DNA of 64,000 nt from a virus: positions 71,337 through 135,336 of the IMG/VR virus record IMGVR_UViG_3300008117_000049. The stretch is one strand, 5' to 3'. This document shows positions 18,477-27,157 of the stretch, in pieces. Every line of letters starts with the position of its first letter. Positions within the stretch are counted from its first letter, which is position 1. A model generated the notes under the pieces. The model was given only the letters and a program-made list of their open reading frames with translations, was not told where the DNA came from and made no database searches. A program made the position numbers and the translations under genes.

Positions 18477-18809
18477 ATGATGGCTGAAGACAAAGCACAA
18501 CCAGTGCCGACAGACATTTCTCAAATGTCCCCTAACGATTTACACGCTCTTATTGAAAAAGAGGGTAAGAACTTCGTTCAACAGACTGAAGAGGGTGACA
18601 TTGACATCAATGAGTACCTAGCATCAGAGCAGTTCGACTTGCCTAGACTTCTAAATCTATTCTTCGCTTTTGAGTATTTTCATCGTGCAGGGTCAAAGCA
18701 AGCAAACTTTGATTCTAGATACGGATTGCTATACGAACTTGTATATGCTGAACTAGGAAAACTTCTCGGTACGCAACTATACGGACCAGAATATGTGATT
18801 GGTTTATAG
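18477..18809 (+). CDS. Hypothetical protein
   Basis: RBS aagga; 110 aa. Confidence 0.7.
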   Translation: MMAEDKAQPVPTDISQMSPNDLHALIEKEGKNFVQQTEEGDIDINEYLASEQFDLPRLLNLFFAFEYFHRAGSKQANFDSRYGLLYELVYAELGKLLGTQLYGPEYVIGL

Positions 18810-18844
18810 CCAACCGCCAATAAAAAAGAAAGACAGAAAGACAA

Positions 18845-19327
18845 ATGAATTTACAAACAATTCTATTACTACCGATTGCTTACTTACTTGTTGTAAGCAT
18901 CCCGTTGCTAATCACCGATATTCGCGAGAGCAGACTAAAGAACTCTATTGTTTTTCCAGGCTACCTAGTGTGGTTAGTGTCTGCCATTGCTTATACCGCT
19001 CTATCTGGAGATTGGCTAAATGCTTTAGTGCTACCACTTGCTATTGGACTACCGCTATTAGTTGGGCTAACTATATTTAATATCAGGACCGATGCTATTG
19101 GTATGGGCGATGTCAAACTTATTGTTTTGATGGGTCTGACTTTATCTTGGAAGAGCCTATGGGTTTGGCTTACTATTCTAGTAATTGCACTATTCATTGG
19201 TCTAGTAGTTACTGCGGTGCTTGCTTTTAGAAAGAGATACCCAGACACTATCAGTTACACTATCCGTTTAGGAGTTATTACTTATCTTGTTTACATTACT
19301 CATTTGCTGGTGCTATTCACAAAGTAG
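18845..19327 (+). CDS. Prepilin peptidase, family A24 (GxGD aspartic protease)
   Basis: ITDIRESRL and IGMGDVKL catalytic Asp motifs; multiple TM helices. Confidence 0.8.
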   Translation: MNLQTILLLPIAYLLVVSIPLLITDIRESRLKNSIVFPGYLVWLVSAIAYTALSGDWLNALVLPLAIGLPLLVGLTIFNIRTDAIGMGDVKLIVLMGLTLSWKSLWVWLTILVIALFIGLVVTAVLAFRKRYPDTISYTIRLGVITYLVYITHLLVLFTK

Positions 19328-19375
19328 TAGTCTGTAAGAGAGTGTCAAGAGAAAAAGAAAAGCGAGTGAATTTAA

Positions 19376-19624
19376 ATGAGCATAGATGCTTATGATTACG
19401 GAAAGCAAGATGGCAAAGCAGAAGAAAGACAAAGATTAGTTGATGTAATCAAGTCTTACCGATGCGAGTGTGTTGACATGACATACGAGCAAATGGAAGT
19501 TGCTTACCCAGACCCTAAGAAAAGATTTTTTGAACACGGGAACTGTGGCTTCATTGACATTGATTGGCTTATTGAACAACTTGAAAAGGGAGAAGAAGAT
19601 GTACCGCCTACTACACTGGATTAG
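19376..19624 (+). CDS. Hypothetical protein
   Basis: 82-aa ORF. Confidence 0.65.
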   Translation: MSIDAYDYGKQDGKAEERQRLVDVIKSYRCECVDMTYEQMEVAYPDPKKRFFEHGNCGFIDIDWLIEQLEKGEEDVPPTTLD

Positions 19625-19780
19625 TGGAATAGCATTTAAAGTTGCTCACTGGGCTCAGTGGCAATCAACTAAGTTTCCACGCAAGAAACACCGAAAAAGG
19701 TATTTGACAAATGTCATAGGATATGCCTATGATTATCTTGTTGTAAAGATACAACACCTAAAGACGAAAGGACACTAGAA

Positions 19781-20017
19781 ATGTCAAAGAAACTAATTTC
19801 AATTAGCGAAGAGCAGTTACAGTTTGCCGTAGGGCTTACCGAGTTTGCTTTGAGGCAACTAAATCTGAAACACGATGAATCATACTCAGGCGTAGATAAA
19901 TTGCTATACACGACTTGGATTGTGTCAGCAGAGGAATTGCTTGAAACGCTCAAAGCCGAAAACGCACAAAATGAGCCAGAAACGCTTGTAGAGGACATTG
20001 AACGCCCAGAGGCGTAA
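19781..20017 (+). CDS. Hypothetical protein
   Basis: RBS aagga; promoter at 19705; terminator about 20038-20072. Confidence 0.7.
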   Translation: MSKKLISISEEQLQFAVGLTEFALRQLNLKHDESYSGVDKLLYTTWIVSAEELLETLKAENAQNEPETLVEDIERPEA

Positions 20018-20144
20018 AAAACTCTATAAAAGACCCTAAAAGCCCTGTTTGCCCCTCGCAAGCAGGGTTTTTAGCATACGGCTTATGCTTGACAGGATTA
20101 TAACAAATTGGTAACATTATCTAGTTAGCGACAAAGGAGAAGAA

Positions 20145-21113
20145 ATGACAAAGAAACTAACTATCGCATATAGCGACGACTACCTGAACTGGAATTTAGG
20201 TTCGGGAGATGGCTCACATCCAACCAAGCCTATCCGTGCCAAGATTGCTACCGATTACTTGGTAGATGAAGTGGGTGCGGACAATGTTGAAATCATTGAA
20301 CCTGAATTCAAAGATGAGGACAGAGAGAAGATTGAATCTATCCACGACCCTAACTATGTTTCAGAGGTTATTGATGAGGGTAGGTCTTATGACTGGCTTG
20401 GCTTCAAGCCTGAGATGGGGCATACCGCTGGTCAGATGTTTTCTGGAACAGTAAGACTGGTTGAGAAGATACTCGCTGGTGAAACTCAAGTTGGCTTCAA
20501 TCCACAGGGAGCAAAGCACCACGCTCAATACGGATGGAGCGAGGGCTTCTGCGTGTTCAACGATTTTGCCTGGGCTGCCAAAAATTTCGTGCAGAATGGG
20601 CTCAAAGTTGTTTACATCGACTGGGATGTGAATGCTGGTGATGGAGTGCAGAACCTACTTGCGGATACCGATATTCCAACTTTCAGTATCCACGGACACG
20701 GAATCTACCCAACTCACTCAGACACATGGCTTCGTGAGGCTGGAGTAGATGGCAATTACATCTATCAAAATGACGAGCAACACTGGTATAACTACTGCTT
20801 ACAGCAAGGCGAGGGCGACCAAGCGTTCAAATGGGCAATTGATGAGATTGCTAAGAAAGTTGCCGAGTATAAGCCAGATGTAATCTTGCTTGCTACTGGT
20901 GCTGATGGACATGAGGAAGAGCATTGGGGGTTGAAATATACCTACGATGGCTACGCTTATGCTTCAAAAGTAATTGCTGAACTAGCAAACAAGTTTGCCG
21001 ATGGGCGTGTATTGATTGGTGGTGCTGGTGGGTATCAACCACTCACACATACACCGAGAATATGGGCTAATGTCGTCAAAGACATCTACGAAGGAACTCA
21101 AAAATCAGAGTAG
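20145..21113 (+). CDS. Histone-deacetylase-family (AcuC-like) Zn-dependent deacylase
   Basis: HPTKP.R, GAKHHA, GFCVFND, YIDWDVNAGDG, SIH, GADGH, GAGGY. Confidence 0.9.
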   Translation: MTKKLTIAYSDDYLNWNLGSGDGSHPTKPIRAKIATDYLVDEVGADNVEIIEPEFKDEDREKIESIHDPNYVSEVIDEGRSYDWLGFKPEMGHTAGQMFSGTVRLVEKILAGETQVGFNPQGAKHHAQYGWSEGFCVFNDFAWAAKNFVQNGLKVVYIDWDVNAGDGVQNLLADTDIPTFSIHGHGIYPTHSDTWLREAGVDGNYIYQNDEQHWYNYCLQQGEGDQAFKWAIDEIAKKVAEYKPDVILLATGADGHEEEHWGLKYTYDGYAYASKVIAELANKFADGRVLIGGAGGYQPLTHTPRIWANVVKDIYEGTQKSE

Positions 21114-21207
21114 ATGGTAGGATTGCGTTGTGTGGGAGCACTAATCGCTCTCATGCAAAGCATCTTACACAGAAAAACTGGCCACCCAGGGTAAAACAGG
21201 AGTTGAA

Positions 21208-21375
21208 ATGGACATCTTCGTCGTTATTTTAGCAATTTTAGGTTTTCTTGTCATCGTTTGGCTAGCAATAGCAGTCGATAAGAGGACAGAACCGATTGAA
21301 TACACGGATGAAGAGGAAATTTCAGCACTTTTAGGTGTTGTAATGCCTAAAAACGAACAGAAAGAAGAAAAATAG
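21208..21375 (+). CDS. Small membrane-anchored protein (55 aa)
   Basis: RBS aggag; N-terminal TM helix. Confidence 0.6.
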   Translation: MDIFVVILAILGFLVIVWLAIAVDKRTEPIEYTDEEEISALLGVVMPKNEQKEEK

Positions 21376-21546
21376 ATGCCAAGTTGGTTGATTTTACTCA
21401 GAGATTTGGTTTGGACATCAATTTTTGCGATTATAGCCGTCATTGCGACTATTTTCATCGCTATTTTTGCTCCAAGCAACATTGGATTGATACTTGGGAC
21501 AGGATTGTCAGCAATTTCGCTCTCAATTCTCTCGCTCCGAGGCTAG
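21376..21546 (+). CDS. Small two-TM membrane protein (56 aa)
   Basis: Abuts the previous stop; hydrophobic. Confidence 0.55.
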   Translation: MPSWLILLRDLVWTSIFAIIAVIATIFIAIFAPSNIGLILGTGLSAISLSILSLRG

Positions 21547-21651
21547 TTATTCCAATAGCAAACACAATTGAATAACATTTGTATTACAGATACAATTTCA
21601 ATAGAAACCACAGACCCATACGGGTCATTACATAGAAAGATAAAAGAAGAA

Positions 21652-22200
21652 ATGACAAAGATAAAGAAAGCAAATCAAAAGTTGCCGTTTTACATCACTT
21701 CATTGCTCAATTCCGCTAAGCCAGCAGATAGAGATAACATAATTCGTTCATTGAGTAACAATGGATGGACACTAAGTGCTATCTCTCGCTCAGTTGAACT
21801 CAGTAGAGAGCGTGTTCGTCAGATTTGTGAAACACCAATTGATGGACCAATGCCACCTGACTTCACTAACCCAACTCCACCGATGTATCCAGCAAAAGTG
21901 GAAAGAGAGTTTGTTGAGCCATCGCCTGAAATCCTAGCAAGATTGTTGGAACTAAAGCCGATGGCAATGCAGGTTCGCTCACACGCCACTCGCTTCAGAG
22001 CAGAGGCTGAAGAGTACACTCAACTAATTGCTAAGGCTCACTTGGAAGATGGCGTTACGCTATATCGATTGGCTAAGCGTATGGGAGTTACTCACTCAGC
22101 ACTTCGTTTCAGACTTGCTCGCTATGGATACAAGACAAGCGAAAAGGGTCAGAGCAGAGTATATACACCAATCAATCCTAAGAACAGACACTCAAGGTAG
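21652..22200 (+). CDS. Tandem-HTH DNA-binding protein, paralog of 25953-26477
   Basis: GWTLSAISRSVELSRERVRQI and GVTLYRLAKRMGVTHSALRFRL. Confidence 0.75.
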   Translation: MTKIKKANQKLPFYITSLLNSAKPADRDNIIRSLSNNGWTLSAISRSVELSRERVRQICETPIDGPMPPDFTNPTPPMYPAKVEREFVEPSPEILARLLELKPMAMQVRSHATRFRAEAEEYTQLIAKAHLEDGVTLYRLAKRMGVTHSALRFRLARYGYKTSEKGQSRVYTPINPKNRHSR

Positions 22201-22655
22201 TGAGCACATCCAATCGTGTGCTTCTGGTAATCAACTTACTTGTAGGTGCGTTCTTATTAGGTTCTGCTTCATCGCAATCAGTTTCAGCAGTTGAATCAAA
22301 CTCTGTAATCTCTGCTTGTGTGAATAAGTCAAGTGGTGCTTTACGGATAAGTAGCAAATGTACTAAGACCGAAAGACCACTGACTTGGAACCAAACTGGA
22401 ATTCAAGGACCAACTGGACCTCAAGGACCCGCTGGACCTAAAGGCACAGATGCTTCTATCAAAACTAAACTAATCACAATCAAATACATAGGAAATGGTA
22501 CAAGTCTTCTTGGCTGTGGAGATGGTTCTGTTGGATTAGCCACTGGAACAGCAACTACTTATACTAACTGGCAATACGGGTCAGTTTTTCTAACTAATAG
22601 ATACAACTGGCAGAGTAATCCATATTGCTCGCTCACGATTAGGGTAATTGAGTAA
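22200..22655 (+). CDS. Secreted protein with a short collagen-like repeat
   Basis: Signal peptide, ACVNKSSGALR, (GxY)6. Confidence 0.75.
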   Translation: MSTSNRVLLVINLLVGAFLLGSASSQSVSAVESNSVISACVNKSSGALRISSKCTKTERPLTWNQTGIQGPTGPQGPAGPKGTDASIKTKLITIKYIGNGTSLLGCGDGSVGLATGTATTYTNWQYGSVFLTNRYNWQSNPYCSLTIRVIE

Positions 22656-22732
22656 TACCGAAACTTGTTCGCCAATAGTGAAACCCTTGACAAATGTCAG
22701 GGGTTTTCACTTTACTGCGATACAATACTTGT

Positions 22733-23002
22733 ATGAACAACATAGAAAAACTCTCAGATAAGTTATACACCAAGTACTACCAAGGCGTGCCTTGGGACAG
22801 GCTCACCGATGAAGAAGCCTGTATGTCTATTGGAAAAGCAATTACTAAAGTGCTGAACCAGATAGTCGCTACCGAGAAAGAAAACCTGATTGCCCCTGTT
22901 CGTGGTATGAATACCGCTAAGAAAGAAGCATTGATTAGGCTCTCAGTAGATATCGCAAATCGTGGCATCGAGTTGATGCTGAAGAAAGAACGAAGCAACT
23001 AA
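22733..23002 (+). CDS. Hypothetical protein, possibly leaderless
   Basis: TACAAT-N6-ATG. Confidence 0.6.
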   Translation: MNNIEKLSDKLYTKYYQGVPWDRLTDEEACMSIGKAITKVLNQIVATEKENLIAPVRGMNTAKKEALIRLSVDIANRGIELMLKKERSN

Positions 23003-23065
23003 CATCTCCATCCACTGGGCAAGTTTGCCTGGGTTGCCATTTTTTCTGTGCATTACAATAGATTC

Positions 23066-24457
23066 ATGGCCAAATCTATAATGGAACAAATCGCTCTTCT
23101 GCCTGATGCAGAGAGAGCACTCGTCTTATCTGGCATGGATGCCGATACTCTTATGTGGGATTGGTCAGTCTGGGGCAGACCTGAACAGCACGCTCCCGTA
23201 GGTGATTGGGCAGTCTGGATGTATCTTGGTGGTCGTGGTGCTGGTAAGACCCGTGCCGCAGCCGAGTGGGTGAGAGAGCAAGCCAAATACACTAACACGG
23301 GTCAAAGGCGTTTTGCTTTGGTTGCGAGAACAGCAGCAGATGTGCGAGATGTAATCGTTGAGGGTGAGAGTGGAATTATGAATGTATCTCCACCTAGCGA
23401 AAGACCATTGTATGAACCATCAAAGCGAAGACTAACTTGGCCTAATGGAAATACTGCTACTTGCTTTACTGCCGATGAGCCTGACTCTTTGCGTGGTCCA
23501 CAATTTACTCACGCTTGGGGAGATGAGATTGCTGCTTGGCGACAGACACCTGACGCAGCAGGTATGACTGCTTTTGATAACTTGCGTGTAGGAACTCGTC
23601 TTGGTCGTAATCCACAGATTATGGTTACTACTACACCTAAGCGTGTTCCATTGCTCTACAAGTTGATAGAAGAAAGTAAGAACACTGGTCGTGTAGTTAT
23701 CACTCGTGGTTCTACTCTTGATAACTCTGGAAACCTAAGCGTTGCTTATCTTGATGCTATTACGGGTGTCTATGCTGGAACTCGTCTTGCTCAACAGGAA
23801 CTTTATGGTGAGATGTTGGATAGCGTTGAGGGTGCTTTGTGGAATGATGATTTGATTGAGGTACATAGACAGAACGCTCTACCACTGAACACACCACTGC
23901 GTTGTATTGGTGTTGACCCTAGCGTTGCTGAGAACCCTAGAGATGAATGCGGAATAGTTGTAGTCGCATCAACTGGTGAGAGAGATTTGTATAAGCGTCA
24001 GGCTTGGGTATTAGAAGATGCTAGCGTGTTAGGTTCGCCTGAAGTGTGGGCTAACCGAGTAGTTGCTATGGCTCGCAAGTGGGGCTGTCCAGTTATTGCT
24101 GAAGTCAATCAAGGTGGAGCATTAGTTCGTAATGCTATCAACGCCATTGACCCTAGTATCAAAGTATTAGAAGTCCATAGCAAATACGGAAAGCAACTTC
24201 GTGCTGAACCAGTCGTGCTTGGCTATGAGCAAGGGCGTGTCCATCACATTGGATACTTACCTGACTTAGAGAGTCAGATGCTAAGTTGGGTTCCGGGTGA
24301 GGGTAGGTCGCCAGACAGAGTAGATGCTTTAGTTCACGCTCTTACCGCTCTTATGATAAAGCCACCAGCAGGGTTTGTAGGTGGCAAACTAACTGCTAAG
24401 TCTATGGCTGGTCGTAAAATACCAGATGCTAGAAGTAGTTTCTTTAGAGTTAGATAA
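23066..24457 (+). CDS. terL: Terminase large subunit
   Basis: GGRGAGKT, LRGPQ, WGDE, TTTP, nuclease GVDP and SPDRVDA. Confidence 0.95.
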   Translation: MAKSIMEQIALLPDAERALVLSGMDADTLMWDWSVWGRPEQHAPVGDWAVWMYLGGRGAGKTRAAAEWVREQAKYTNTGQRRFALVARTAADVRDVIVEGESGIMNVSPPSERPLYEPSKRRLTWPNGNTATCFTADEPDSLRGPQFTHAWGDEIAAWRQTPDAAGMTAFDNLRVGTRLGRNPQIMVTTTPKRVPLLYKLIEESKNTGRVVITRGSTLDNSGNLSVAYLDAITGVYAGTRLAQQELYGEMLDSVEGALWNDDLIEVHRQNALPLNTPLRCIGVDPSVAENPRDECGIVVVASTGERDLYKRQAWVLEDASVLGSPEVWANRVVAMARKWGCPVIAEVNQGGALVRNAINAIDPSIKVLEVHSKYGKQLRAEPVVLGYEQGRVHHIGYLPDLESQMLSWVPGEGRSPDRVDALVHALTALMIKPPAGFVGGKLTAKSMAGRKIPDARSSFFRVR

Positions 24458-24490
24458 GAAAAATCCCCTGCCACATTGACAGGGGATAAA
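24458..24490 (-). terminator. Terminator between convergent terL and phosphatase
   Basis: atcccctg...caggggat hairpin with an A-tract on the left. Confidence 0.65.
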
Positions 24491-24492
24491 TC

Positions 24493-25038
24493 TTAGTTTC
24501 TCCAGATTGCTAACTGCTTTTCATCTAAGCCGAGTAAGTATCTCTCAAAGTTCTTATTACATAGAACCCAAGATGAACGCTTCTCTCTCATCAGTTTGAT
24601 AGCATCTGCTGGCTCATAGCCGTCACGAATTAGAACCAAAGCCATAACTAAACCGCTACGATTTAGTCCAGCCTGACATCTAATAAGAACTCTCTTACCA
24701 GACTTCCAATCTTTATGAGCCATCTTAACTATGTCCAATAGATTTTCTACTGGGTCAAAGTCAGTTAGCGAACTATCATAGAAGCCGAACCTAAGTTCCT
24801 TGACGAACCAATCAACTGGGTCAGCACTTGCGTAAAGTGTATAGACGCAATCAAAGTGTTTCTTGCTAATCTCTTTGCCGATAACATCTACTTGCTCAAA
24901 CCAGTCTTCATTGCCATAAGCATCAAGTGTTCCACCTTGCCATAGGTCAGGCAAAGTTTCAGTCCATAGAGATTTAGGCAAATCATTGTGCCGTGGTCGC
25001 TCAAAGTCAGACAGATTATTTCTTGTTGGTAGTGTCAT
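24493..25038 (-). CDS. Dual-specificity/tyrosine protein phosphatase
   Basis: VLIRCQAGLNRS (CX5R), LWQGG, FYD; RBS on the minus strand. Confidence 0.9.
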   Translation of the reverse strand: MTLPTRNNLSDFERPRHNDLPKSLWTETLPDLWQGGTLDAYGNEDWFEQVDVIGKEISKKHFDCVYTLYASADPVDWFVKELRFGFYDSSLTDFDPVENLLDIVKMAHKDWKSGKRVLIRCQAGLNRSGLVMALVLIRDGYEPADAIKLMREKRSSWVLCNKNFERYLLGLDEKQLAIWRN

Positions 25039-25524
25039 TTGTAATCACTCCTTTCGTTTGTTTATAAGTGATACCACTATTATTACAAACAGATAACTAT
25101 TTGTCAAGTGGTTTAGATAGATTACTTTCTATCACTACTCTATCTATAACCATACGGATAGGCTATTTATTCCCAGATTTCCTTGCCGTTCCCAGTTATT
25201 TACTTAGTCGCATATACACGGGTGTCGCCCAGTCCGCCCCAGATACACGGCTGCTCACACACCGACACACACACAAACAACATAGGGTTTCTCCCCTGGG
25301 TTACCAGATTTTCCTTTTCTTTTTGCCCCATCTGAGCCCGTGTGTCCTTAGAAACATAGCATCTTATGTAATAACTGGTATAGCAAGCCCGCTTTTCTCC
25401 GTACTTGCTCCCGAATGATAATGCGGTCAGCCAGTTCTTATGAATTGTATTTGTACTGCTCGTCTGGGCTTGTCGGCAGGTCGGTATGCCAACTCCCACC
25501 ATCTAAGCCCTGTTTTGAGGCATT

Positions 25525-25775
25525 TAGTTAGGTCAGGCTAACCTAAGTGCCTAAGATAGCCTACTCATAGGCTTTTCTTAGCCTACTAATAAGTCTTAGA
25601 TAGGCTATGTAGAGCCTAGATAAGTCCTAGATAAGTCTTACATTGCTTCTTCTAAGAACAAATAAGTCATCACAAGTGCTCACATATGTCAAATAAGTCA
25701 TAAATAAGTCATAAATAGGCTGTTTGGTCGCTAAAATCGGCATAAAAACGGCATTTTTTTCGGCATTTTTGGCCG
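25525..25775. repeat. Intergenic cluster of short repeats (TAAGTC, AGCCTA/TAGGCT, CGGCA)
   Basis: aataagtca repeated, tagccta/taggct inverted pairs, three cggcat. Confidence 0.7.
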
Positions 25776-25952
25776 CTTCTCGAAACAAATTTCGATGTGC
25801 TCGCCAGTAACCGTAGCCGTCTCACCCACCAAAGGCAAAAAACACTAATGTATCTTTTTTCTCCGTCAGTAATAAGTTTTTATCGCATAAGGGCCGCTCC
25901 CGGATTTTCCAAAAAAATCGCTTCCAATACACAGTGCTAAACTCAATACATT

Positions 25953-26477
25953 ATGAGTAAAGATAGAGAATACGCTAGAAACTATCAACTCGGCCAAGAC
26001 GAAGTTGATTTCATCAACGCCCTTACGAAAAAAGCAAAGTACTACCGAGCCAAGCAACTTTTTGATGCGGGTTGGTCGCTACAAGCAATAGGAAATGCGT
26101 TTACGCCAACGCAACAACGCTCCACTGTTCAGTATTGGACAACACAGGCTAACCCAGCCTTTGCCACAAACAAACCAGTTCCATCTCCTTGGGGCGGGTT
26201 CGCCGACGCTCCTATGCCAAAACCCGTAAAAGGCTATCAACTCAAACGCCCTAAGTCCCCCGGTATTACACAAGAAACACAGAAGCGTTTGCGAGAACTA
26301 GCCCCCCTTGCTCGTTATTATAGAAGTGGTATGAATTCATCAACGCCCTTTGCAATAGCAAACGAAGAGATGACGGCAATAGTTCGGGAGTTATACAATA
26401 ACAATGTCAAGATTGCCGAGATTGCGAGAGCAGCGGGAATTACAAACCGAGCCATTGCTCGTAGATTGGGTAAGTAA
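25953..26477 (+). CDS. Tandem-HTH DNA-binding protein
   Basis: GWSLQAIG; VKIAEIARAAGITNRAIARRL. Confidence 0.75.
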   Translation: MSKDREYARNYQLGQDEVDFINALTKKAKYYRAKQLFDAGWSLQAIGNAFTPTQQRSTVQYWTTQANPAFATNKPVPSPWGGFADAPMPKPVKGYQLKRPKSPGITQETQKRLRELAPLARYYRSGMNSSTPFAIANEEMTAIVRELYNNNVKIAEIARAAGITNRAIARRLGK

Positions 26478-26854
26478 TGAAAATAATTCACGACATCTTT
26501 CCGTCTCACCTAAGCGTTGCTCCAACCGATTATTCAGACGATGTGTTTTCAATTGAGGCTCAGGGAAATCCAAAGGGCGTTTTTTACCGAGACATTACTC
26601 GTATAGTAATTATTGAAGATGAAAAAGGTCTAACGATTTGGGTCGCTCAAGATTCACCAACAGGTGCTCAAATTATTTTCCAAGAGCGTTTATCAGAATT
26701 TTACAAAGCGGACAAACAAGAGCAGGTGTCCAGAGCAAAAACCATAAGCGGAAAACTCATAGCGTTTCAAAAAGACAGCAACTGTGGATGCGGGTCTAGG
26801 CTCAAGAGTTGGAATCCGTATCGCACACTTCACTCCGTAAAGGACCAGTTCTAA
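26477..26854 (+). CDS. Hypothetical protein
   Basis: TAATG coupling; CGCGSRLKSWNP. Confidence 0.75.
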   Translation: MKIIHDIFPSHLSVAPTDYSDDVFSIEAQGNPKGVFYRDITRIVIIEDEKGLTIWVAQDSPTGAQIIFQERLSEFYKADKQEQVSRAKTISGKLIAFQKDSNCGCGSRLKSWNPYRTLHSVKDQF

Positions 26855-27144
26855 TGTTTATTGACCCATTTACTTTTATTCTTATTGCCCTTGCCGTTTT
26901 CAGAATTAGCAGACTAATTATTGAAGACCAAATCTTTGAGCGTTTGCGAGAAGCGATTTGGAAAAAGTTTCCACCACATACTTGGCTAGGTTATTTGATT
27001 ACTTGTTATTGGTGTTTGAGCATTTGGATTTCATCGGCTTTCGCAATTTGCTATACAATAGTTCCTGTGGCAACTGCTATCGTTGCTCTACCTTTTGCAT
27101 TATCAGCAGTTGCCGCACTCATTTCCAAGCGTCTAGACGACTAA
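26854..27144 (+). CDS. DUF1360-like membrane protein
   Basis: LAVFRISRLIIED.IF..LR...LITCYWCLSIW. Confidence 0.75.
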   Translation: MFIDPFTFILIALAVFRISRLIIEDQIFERLREAIWKKFPPHTWLGYLITCYWCLSIWISSAFAICYTIVPVATAIVALPFALSAVAALISKRLDD

Positions 27145-27157
27145 AGGAGAACACAAC

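Larger units (their letters stand above)
9032..20115. promoter_or_regulatory. Six dispersed ATAAC-N6-(G/A)TAAC direct-repeat boxes
   Basis: 9032, 10948, 11338 (1 mismatch), 11808, 13145 (reverse), 20100; all at or just upstream of promoters. Confidence 0.55.

Noticed and set aside
25068-25502. ORFs on both strands in the gap after the phosphatase
   Set aside because: No RBS and atypical composition; treated as non-coding
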